Below, in pieces: positions 9,515 through 17,323 of a stretch of 46,281 nucleotides of DNA. The position numbers and the translations under genes were made by a program. The DNA is taken from the sequence record SRR22947727_223, one strand, 5' to 3'. The notes under the pieces are model-generated. The model worked only from the letters and a program-made list of their open reading frames with translations, ran no database searches and had not been told where the DNA came from. Numbering within the stretch: position 1 is the first letter of the stretch; each line of letters opens with the position of its first letter.

Positions 9515-10631
9515 ATAATATTTTTTTATAGGTTCTCCTGCGTTTGTGCACTTTTGGATCAAAAGCACTCCATAAATTCTTTATGGCTATATTTTCCTCT
9601 AGTTCAGGGGTTCTAATACATTTCTCAATGCCCTTTTTGTTACAGGCATTCCAACATTCATGGAACAAGATGGCTGTAAGTCCTTTGTTTTGATATTTTG
9701 GGTGGACCCCAATAAGGTAAAAAATAATGTCTTTAGATTTTCTTCTCGCTTGTAGTAAGTGAAATAATCCAAAGGGAAACAAACGTCCATTTGCTTTTTG
9801 CAAGGCTTTTGAAAAGGAAGGCATTAGAATCGCAAAGGCCACCAAGTTATCTTGCTCATCTAAAACAAATTTTATGAATTCAGGATTAATAAAAGACAGG
9901 TATCTCTTTGTAAAAAAATCTTTTTGCACCTCTGTTATAGGTACAAAAGAGGATAAATTTGCATAGCTCTCATTGAATAAATCAAACATTTTATTTGCGT
10001 AAGGTAAAATGTCCTTGGTCTTAGTGAAATTGAGTGCTTTAAGTTTATAACGCCTTTTGATTAGTTCCTGCGCTTTATTAAAAAGACTTGGGTCTATATT
10101 GCTAAATGGAAAGATATTTTCCATGTATTCTTTTTCCTTGACAAATCCTAAAGATTCAAAATGTGCTGCGTAATAGTGGTGGTTATACCATGTAATCATA
10201 GTCCCTATGTGATCAAAGCCTTCAATAAGGCAACCTACCTTGTCTAAGTTAGAAAAACCTACTGGACCCTCCATGTAAGTTAATTCGTATTCACGACCAA
10301 TCTCGGCTACTTTTTCGATGAGTGCTTTAGAGACCGCTTTATTGTCTATGAAATCCATCCAACCAAAGCGCATTTTCTTTATTTTTTGTTCTTTTACCTC
10401 AATCCAGTTGATCATTGCAGCCACCCTGCCTACAATTTCACCATCCATATATGCCAAGAAAAAACGTGCTTGAGCAGTTTTAAAAACAGGATTAATTGAT
10501 GGGTCAAAAACCTCCATTTCATCTTTAATAATAGGGGGTACCCAATAAGGATTGTTTTTGTATAAAGAGAATGGAAAACAAACAAAATCTTTGATTCCTT
10601 TCTTACCAATGGCTTCTCTAATTTCTATCAT
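9513..10631 (-). CDS. Tandem-GNAT N-acyltransferase of the YghO/bacterial ceramide synthase (bCerS)-like family
   Basis: Motifs FPFSLYKNNPYWVPP, GRVAAMIN, RFGWMDFID, EGPVGFSNLDKVGCLIEGFD, WYNHHYY; C-terminal acyl-CoA motif IGVHPKYQNKG. Confidence 0.7.
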   Translation of the reverse strand: MIEIREAIGKKGIKDFVCFPFSLYKNNPYWVPPIIKDEMEVFDPSINPVFKTAQARFFLAYMDGEIVGRVAAMINWIEVKEQKIKKMRFGWMDFIDNKAVSKALIEKVAEIGREYELTYMEGPVGFSNLDKVGCLIEGFDHIGTMITWYNHHYYAAHFESLGFVKEKEYMENIFPFSNIDPSLFNKAQELIKRRYKLKALNFTKTKDILPYANKMFDLFNESYANLSSFVPITEVQKDFFTKRYLSFINPEFIKFVLDEQDNLVAFAILMPSFSKALQKANGRLFPFGLFHLLQARRKSKDIIFYLIGVHPKYQNKGLTAILFHECWNACNKKGIEKCIRTPELEENIAIKNLWSAFDPKVHKRRRTYKKIL

Positions 10632-10678
10632 ATATAATTTTTGACTCCAATTAAATGAGTTTTATGATTCATCATATG

Positions 10679-11563
10679 CTAATGTTTGTCTAAGCGATAT
10701 GAAAAACCTAACCCAATGATTTCCCTTGAAGGTTTATTTTGAAAGTTTATTCCAGTATACAGGTCTAATTGTAGGTTCTTTCTATATAAGAAAGCCCCTC
10801 CTGTTCTGATGATTTGCTCATTGTAGTTTGGTAATATACTGTATTGCCCTTCCACAAATACACTCCATTTTCTTTTTATAGCATAAGAAAGAGAGGCTAT
10901 AACTGTTTTCTCTGCCAAGGCTTCAGATCCAATAAAGTCATAAATTCCATTGAGTATTAAAACCATTTTTGGTGTTAAATGGCTTTGAGTAACTAGCATG
11001 ACTCTTGGGGCTATAGAAGGGTTATTTATTAGGTATGGGCTACTTTTTAGACCTATATTAGCACCAGCATATAGCGCTATAGCGGGTAAGATATTTCGCC
11101 ATCTAAAGCCATTATTTTTCTTCCAACTATAGACGTTAATGGGTCTATTATCAGGATTTTTAAAGGGATCAAACAGCATGATTTTTGCCCCAATTCTATT
11201 TGACGTGAATCCTTGATCTATACCAATTTTACCACCAGGACTAGGAGAAAATTCCATGGTATAAGAACCCTCGTATATAAGCTCTAGGGCTTCTGAAAAT
11301 AAGCCCACTCTTACAGCCAAGTTTCCATTATTAAAAAGGGATTCTGACTGTAAAGCTTCTCCTCTTAAGCGGTCTACACTAAAACCACTTTCTATCTGAT
11401 ACACCCGCTTACCCACACTGTAAGCACCTGTGCTATTTCCTGGCTTGTTGGAATTAATAATATCTGTATACTGTGAAAAACCACAAATGCTGAACAGAAA
11501 ACCTAGGATGAATAAGCTCATTTTAAGAATTAATGGGCTTTGAATGATAGGTTTTTTATGCAT
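10679..11563 (-). CDS. Outer-membrane beta-barrel 'transporter' (COG4313/PF13557-like)
   Basis: Signal peptide ending GFS/Q, N-terminal plug-like NSNKPG..YSVG..QIESG, alternating beta-strand pattern and C-terminal GLGFSYRL. Confidence 0.6.
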   Translation of the reverse strand: MHKKPIIQSPLILKMSLFILGFLFSICGFSQYTDIINSNKPGNSTGAYSVGKRVYQIESGFSVDRLRGEALQSESLFNNGNLAVRVGLFSEALELIYEGSYTMEFSPSPGGKIGIDQGFTSNRIGAKIMLFDPFKNPDNRPINVYSWKKNNGFRWRNILPAIALYAGANIGLKSSPYLINNPSIAPRVMLVTQSHLTPKMVLILNGIYDFIGSEALAEKTVIASLSYAIKRKWSVFVEGQYSILPNYNEQIIRTGGAFLYRKNLQLDLYTGINFQNKPSREIIGLGFSYRLDKH

Positions 11564-11612
11564 TTTAAGATTATTTTAATTCCACACAAGCCTTAGTGCG
11601 GTTGTAGAATTG

Positions 11613-11620
11613 TATTTTTG
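11613..11620 (+). promoter_or_regulatory. -7 promoter element for the DUF4834-yfhO-GT4-flippase operon
   Basis: TATTTTTG 19 nt upstream of ATG 11640. Confidence 0.55.
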
Positions 11621-11639
11621 GATAAATTTAATAAAGATA

Positions 11640-11888
11640 ATGGGTTTTTTAAGTACACTTCTCTATATACTCTTGGGGTTTTATGTTTTTAAATGGCTTT
11701 TGAGGTTATTTGCCCCTAAAATCATGGCATTTGCGTTAAAAAGATTACAGAAAAAAATGACTGAATCCTTCACTGGTTTTGGAGAAAACCAAGGATCAGC
11801 ACCTAAGCGGGATACGTCAAAAAAGCCGCCTATCACTAAAGAAAAAACAACTGTTGGGGAATATATAGATTTTGAAGAAATTGAATAA
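11640..11888 (+). CDS. Small membrane protein (DUF4834-like)
   Basis: N-terminal TM helix and C-terminal VGEYIDFEEI. ATG 11640 preferred because the TTG at 11610 lies upstream of the -7 element. Confidence 0.7.
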   Translation: MGFLSTLLYILLGFYVFKWLLRLFAPKIMAFALKRLQKKMTESFTGFGENQGSAPKRDTSKKPPITKEKTTVGEYIDFEEIE

Positions 11889-11896
11889 CTTAGGGC

Positions 11897-14419
11897 ATGA
11901 ATAATTTTATTGACAAAGGGATGTTATTTAGCATCTTAAAAGGGCTTGGGGTACTATTTCTCTTTTCGATTGTTTCTGTTTCTTTTTTCTATCCTGTTTT
12001 GCAAGACAAGCAAATAGAACAATCAGATATAGTTCAATATACAGGAATGGCCAAAGAGCAAAATGACTTTAGGTCACAAGCAGGAGCGGAGCCTTATTGG
12101 ACCAACAGTGCTTTTGGGGGAATGCCTACCTTTCAGCTAGGGGCACAATTCCCGTATAATTTTATAAAATCACTAGACAGGGCCATCCGTTTTCTTCCTA
12201 GACCGGCAGATTATTTATTCCTTTATTTTATAGGTTTTTATTTACTGCTCTGCAGCCTTAAAATTGATTATAGAATAGCGATTTTAGGTGCTTTAGCCTA
12301 CGGTTTTTCTACTTATTTTATTATAATATTAGGGGTAGGACACAACGCCAAAGCCCATGCTTTGGGCTATATGCCCATGGTTTTGGCTGGGATTTTATGG
12401 GCATTTGATAAAAAATATTGGTTTGGATTTGGGGTAACAGCCCTTGCTATGGGATTAGAAATTGTAGCCAACCATGTTCAAATGACTTTTTACTTTATGC
12501 TATTGGTTATCATTCTAGGAATGGTTTTCTTATGGTTTTCTTATAAAGAAAAACAACTCAAATCATTTTTTAAAACAGTGGGAATATTGTTTTTTGCAGT
12601 ACTGCTGGGTATTGGGATGAATGCTTCCATGCTACTTTCTACTAAGGAATATGCAAATTGGAGTACCAGAGGCCCCTCCCCACTCAGTGTTGCGCCTGAC
12701 GGCAGCCAAAAAGCCGCTAGTTCAGGACTGGATAAAGACTATATTACCTATTATTCTTATGGTCCCTTAGAGTCATTAAATTTGATGGTACCAAGGCTTA
12801 CAGGTGGCTCATTTAAAGAGTCTCTTGGCAAAGATTCAAACACTTATGCGTTTTTAACTGCCCAGGGTGTTTCTACTACCAATGCATTGGATTTTTCTAA
12901 CAATCTCCCGTTGTACTGGGGGCCACAACCCCCAACTTCTGGGCCAGCTTACCTGGGTATCACTGTAGTTGCCTTATTTTTCATAGGTTTTTTACTTTAC
13001 AACAATAGGCTGCGTTGGGTGTTTTTAATCGGGGCATTATTTACCCTAATGCTGTCTTGGGGTAAGTTTTTTATGCCACTTACAGACCTGATGATTGATT
13101 ATTTTCCCTTGTATGACAAATTTAGAGCAGTCTCATCAATTCAAGTAATTGTGGCACTTTGTGTGCCTGCATTAGCTAGTATTGGTTTAAGCCAATTATT
13201 AGTGAATAATGGCATTAAAGAATTAGATAAGTTAAAAGCGGTCAGACTTGTTGCTATTATTCTTGCGACATTATTAACATTTATATTTGGGGTGAGTTTC
13301 ATACTAGATTATCAAGGGAACTCAGACCCTCAATTGGCCGCCATGTATGGCGATGCACTTTTAGAGGTTATTCAAAAAGACCGAGCTTATGCCTTGAGGT
13401 CAGACCTGATAAGATCCTTTCTATTGCTTTCAGTACTCCTCGGTGGTTTATGGTGGGGAATTAAAAAACATTGGAATCTACCCAAAACACTTACTTTAGC
13501 AGCTATTGTTGTTCTCATAGATTTAATAGGTGTAGCTAAGAGGTATGTAAATGCAGATAATTTTGTTTCTGCAGCAAAAGTTAATAAACCATTTACGGCC
13601 AATGCCATAGATAAAGAGATTTTAAAAGACACCACTGTTTACCGTGTATATGACATGTCTGAAGGCGTTAACGGCGCAAGAACTTCCTATTTTCATAAAT
13701 CATTGGGAGGTTATCATGCTGCTAAACCTGCCGCAATAGAAGATCTTTTTGAATTTCACATTTATCAAAGTCATTTGGAAATTTTACATATGTTGAATGT
13801 GAAATACGTTATTCAGCCTTCTGAATCTGGCACCCCAAGTTTGGCAATTAATCAAAATGCGAATGGGAATGCTTGGTTTGTAAAAGAATTGGTAGGAGTG
13901 AAGGACCATAACGATTGGTTACTAGGACTTAATGCTTTAAATACAAAGTCTCAAGCGAGCCTACTTTTAAGTGATATAGCACTTCTAAAAGAAAATGGTT
14001 TGCTTCAATCTAATCCTATTAATGGAGCCTATTCTATTGAATCCTTAACGGAGGATAATTTATTGAATATTTCTCAAAATGATCAAATTAATAGCCCGCA
14101 GATTGACTTAGTTTTATACAGTCCCAATCGTATTATATACGAATCCAATCGATCGGACAGAGGCTTTGCCGTCTTTTCTGAAATGCATTACCCGTCTGGT
14201 TGGAGCGCAAGGATAGACGGGCAGCTAGTGCCCATACTTAAAGTGAACTATGCTTTAAGGGGAATAGAGGTACCTAAAGGATCTCATGAAATTGTTTTTG
14301 AATATACACCTGAGGTAGTTGATCAAGGCAGTAAAATTGCCCTTTTTAGTTATGTTTTATTTGTATTGTTCATAGGTCTGGGGTTTTATAAGATTTATAA
14401 TATAAAACCTTCGCCATAG
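11897..14419 (+). CDS. YfhO-family polytopic membrane protein (GT-C glycosyltransferase-like)
   Basis: QSD after TM1, PYWTNSAFGGMP, many TM helices, C-terminal FSEMHYPSGWSARIDG...NYALRG. Confidence 0.82.
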   Translation: MNNFIDKGMLFSILKGLGVLFLFSIVSVSFFYPVLQDKQIEQSDIVQYTGMAKEQNDFRSQAGAEPYWTNSAFGGMPTFQLGAQFPYNFIKSLDRAIRFLPRPADYLFLYFIGFYLLLCSLKIDYRIAILGALAYGFSTYFIIILGVGHNAKAHALGYMPMVLAGILWAFDKKYWFGFGVTALAMGLEIVANHVQMTFYFMLLVIILGMVFLWFSYKEKQLKSFFKTVGILFFAVLLGIGMNASMLLSTKEYANWSTRGPSPLSVAPDGSQKAASSGLDKDYITYYSYGPLESLNLMVPRLTGGSFKESLGKDSNTYAFLTAQGVSTTNALDFSNNLPLYWGPQPPTSGPAYLGITVVALFFIGFLLYNNRLRWVFLIGALFTLMLSWGKFFMPLTDLMIDYFPLYDKFRAVSSIQVIVALCVPALASIGLSQLLVNNGIKELDKLKAVRLVAIILATLLTFIFGVSFILDYQGNSDPQLAAMYGDALLEVIQKDRAYALRSDLIRSFLLLSVLLGGLWWGIKKHWNLPKTLTLAAIVVLIDLIGVAKRYVNADNFVSAAKVNKPFTANAIDKEILKDTTVYRVYDMSEGVNGARTSYFHKSLGGYHAAKPAAIEDLFEFHIYQSHLEILHMLNVKYVIQPSESGTPSLAINQNANGNAWFVKELVGVKDHNDWLLGLNALNTKSQASLLLSDIALLKENGLLQSNPINGAYSIESLTEDNLLNISQNDQINSPQIDLVLYSPNRIIYESNRSDRGFAVFSEMHYPSGWSARIDGQLVPILKVNYALRGIEVPKGSHEIVFEYTPEVVDQGSKIALFSYVLFVLFIGLGFYKIYNIKPSP

Positions 14420-14445
14420 CTAATTATTGTTCAATGAAGTATTAA

Positions 14446-15780
14446 ATGGAAGAAACTAAAGATAATAAGGCTAGTGTCAATGCCAATCAAAAGGTATTGG
14501 TGATAGCTTATTACTGGCCTCCAGCTGGTGGCCCTGGCGTACAGCGTTGGTTTCATTTTGTAAAGCACCTGCCGTCATTTGGCATAGCACCAGTGGTTTA
14601 TGTTCCTGAAAATCCACAATACCCAATGGTAGATCTCAGCCCAAAAGAAGCCCTACCTAAGGAAGTAAGCCTGATTAAAAGACCCATTTCCGAACCCTAT
14701 AAATGGGTTTCTTGGTTGTTTAAAAAAAAGACCCTTCAATTGAGTCAAGGTTTGATTCAAGAAAACAAACCAGGTTTATTAGAACGTTTTATGCGATTTG
14801 TAAGGGGTAATTTCTTTATTCCAGACGCAAGAGTTTCTTGGGTAGCTCCTTCTGTAGCTTATTTATCTTCCTATATAAAGAAGCACAATATAGACACTGT
14901 AATATCTACTGGTCCTCCACATAGCATGCATCTTATAGCCAACGAATTGGTTAAAATCACCACAAATCTTAAATGGATTGCAGACTTTAGAGACCCTTGG
15001 ACCAACATTGGTTATCACAATGATCTGTATATGACACCATGGGCACAGAAGAAACATTTAAGGCTTGAAAGTGCCGTTTTGCAAAATGCACATACGATTT
15101 TAACGACCAGCTTTACCACTAAAGCCCTTTTTTCTAAAAAAACTGCTACACCAATTGAAGTCATTACCAATGGGTTTGAACCTTTTGTATATTCAGAAAA
15201 GATACAGCCTGAGGAAAATAAATTTAGCCTGGTGCATATTGGGTCTTTACTCTCTAAGAGAAACCCCAAAATATTATGGGAGGCCATAGGGGAATTGGTT
15301 GTGGAAAATAAGGAATTTGCGGCTCAACTCAGTTTAGATTTTGTTGGAATAGTGAGTAAGGAAGTTAAAGCCTCTATGGCCAATCATGGCTTAACACCAT
15401 ATTGTAATTTTCACGGATATATTCCTCATGATGAAGCAAGAAAATGCCAATTTAAAGCCCATTTGTTGCTGCTTATTGAAATAGACTCTGAGGCACACAA
15501 AGGAATTATACCAGGAAAAGTCTTTGAATACCTCCAATCTTTGCGGCCTATATTAGCCATTGGTCCAAAAGATTGGGATGTAGCACAGCTACTTCCTGAA
15601 AATAATTCAAATGCCCTTGGGACTTATCAAGATAAGGCTTTGATTAAATCGTTCATACAGAATAGATTTAATCATGGAATAGAAATTTTAGCTGCATCAG
15701 ACCCAGCCATAAGTAAATTTGAGCGTAAAAATTTAACTAGGGCATTGTCCAAAATAATAAAAAATTTGAGGAGGTCTTAA
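14446..15780 (+). CDS. Glycosyltransferase family 4 (GT-B)
   Basis: IAYYWPPAGGPGVQR, STGPPHSMH, ADFRDPW and PGKVFEYL motifs. Confidence 0.85.
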   Translation: MEETKDNKASVNANQKVLVIAYYWPPAGGPGVQRWFHFVKHLPSFGIAPVVYVPENPQYPMVDLSPKEALPKEVSLIKRPISEPYKWVSWLFKKKTLQLSQGLIQENKPGLLERFMRFVRGNFFIPDARVSWVAPSVAYLSSYIKKHNIDTVISTGPPHSMHLIANELVKITTNLKWIADFRDPWTNIGYHNDLYMTPWAQKKHLRLESAVLQNAHTILTTSFTTKALFSKKTATPIEVITNGFEPFVYSEKIQPEENKFSLVHIGSLLSKRNPKILWEAIGELVVENKEFAAQLSLDFVGIVSKEVKASMANHGLTPYCNFHGYIPHDEARKCQFKAHLLLLIEIDSEAHKGIIPGKVFEYLQSLRPILAIGPKDWDVAQLLPENNSNALGTYQDKALIKSFIQNRFNHGIEILAASDPAISKFERKNLTRALSKIIKNLRRS

Positions 15781-15781
15781 T

Positions 15782-17242
15782 ATGGGGGTAGTGGTGAGGC
15801 AATCGATACAAAATACCATTAGCACTTATTTGGGCTTTGGACTAGGGGCCATAAACACCTTGGTATTATACACCCGTATTTTACCCGTGTCATCTTATGG
15901 GCTTTTATCCATTCAGCTCTCAGTGGCTACTTTGTTATTACCTTTATTTCTTTTTGGACTCCCTAATACCATTATTAAATTTTATAATAAAAATGCGTCC
16001 GCTGAAGAGTCTGCTAGACTCAACGCTTTTTCGTTGTATTTCCCTTTAATATTTATCTTTTTCTCCTTTGCTTTTGTACTTATTTTTAAGTTAGGGGTAT
16101 TTCCATTTTTACTTCAAAAATATGCTTATGTGGCACCTTATGCATGGCATATTCTTGGTATTGGAATTGGTATGACTTATTTTGAAATTGCTTATGCTCA
16201 AGCTAGGGTAGTTTTAAAGACTGCTTTTGGTAACATCCTTAAAGAGATATTTCACAGACTTTGTATTGCAATAGGTCTTTTGGGACTTTATTTTGATGTG
16301 CTAACACTAGAACAATTCTTTGTGTTACTGGTGGGGGTACATTTTTTAAGGGCGTTAGTGATGTATGTTTATCTTTGGCGTTATTGTGATATCTCTTTTT
16401 CTTTTAGACGTCCAGAGAAGTTAAAATCTTATTTAAATTACAGTTTGTTTATGTTCTTAGGGGGTACTGCGGCGGTAGTCATTTTAGAAATAGACAAGCT
16501 TATGATTTATACTTTTGTCAATATTGATCAAGTGGCTTTTTATACAGTTGCTGTTTTTATGGCTACCATAGTTGGTGTTCCAGCTCGTTCTATGTATCAA
16601 ATTACTGCACCACTTACAGCTAGATTACTTCATGAGAGTGATTATAAAGGCCTACAATCACTCTACAAACAAAGTTCATTGAATTTAGGGATGGCAGCCG
16701 GAGGTATTTTATTGCTTTTGGCCGTAAATTTAGAGACCATATACAAGTTTATTCCGCAAGCCTATGGAGGCACCACGGTCTTGGTGTTGTTAATTGGTTC
16801 TAGTAAATTTTTTGACGCATTGCTGGGAAATAACAATGCCATTTTATTTAACTCTCCCTATTATAAAAGTATTCTGCGATTTGGCGTCTTTTTAGCTGTA
16901 ATGACGGTAGTATTAAATTATTTTTTCATTCCTAAATTTGGCATAAAAGGAGCTGCAATAGCTTCTTTTCTAGCCATTAGCCTCTACGACACCGCCAAAG
17001 TGATTTATGTTAATATGAAGTATAATATGCAGCCTTTTAGCAGAGGAACCGCTTACTTACTTATAATTATTATAACTTCTTTTGCTTTGGCCCAATGGGT
17101 TCCTGATATAGAAAATAGGTACCTGTCTCTTGCAGTAAACACCCTTTTTACAGCTGTTCTATATATAGGACTACTGTATCTCTCAAAAATGTCAGAAACT
17201 TTTAATGGTCTTGTGAATAGGGGTAAAAGGATGTTGTTTTAA
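15782..17242 (+). CDS. Wzx/MOP-family oligosaccharide flippase
   Basis: About 12-14 hydrophobic segments, IDKLMI..VAFY and LNYFFIPKFGIKGAAIA motifs. Confidence 0.82.
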   Translation: MGVVVRQSIQNTISTYLGFGLGAINTLVLYTRILPVSSYGLLSIQLSVATLLLPLFLFGLPNTIIKFYNKNASAEESARLNAFSLYFPLIFIFFSFAFVLIFKLGVFPFLLQKYAYVAPYAWHILGIGIGMTYFEIAYAQARVVLKTAFGNILKEIFHRLCIAIGLLGLYFDVLTLEQFFVLLVGVHFLRALVMYVYLWRYCDISFSFRRPEKLKSYLNYSLFMFLGGTAAVVILEIDKLMIYTFVNIDQVAFYTVAVFMATIVGVPARSMYQITAPLTARLLHESDYKGLQSLYKQSSLNLGMAAGGILLLLAVNLETIYKFIPQAYGGTTVLVLLIGSSKFFDALLGNNNAILFNSPYYKSILRFGVFLAVMTVVLNYFFIPKFGIKGAAIASFLAISLYDTAKVIYVNMKYNMQPFSRGTAYLLIIIITSFALAQWVPDIENRYLSLAVNTLFTAVLYIGLLYLSKMSETFNGLVNRGKRMLF

Positions 17243-17323
17243 TAAACTATTACTATAATTTTCATTTAGATAGGAAGTACAGAAATAACGGATTCCAACA
17301 GTCCTCTTATTAAAATCGCAACA

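Noticed and set aside
9513-10631. GTP cyclohydrolase or dATP pyrophosphohydrolase label
   Set aside because: No such catalytic motifs. The sequence is GNAT-like and a true folE lies at 29683.
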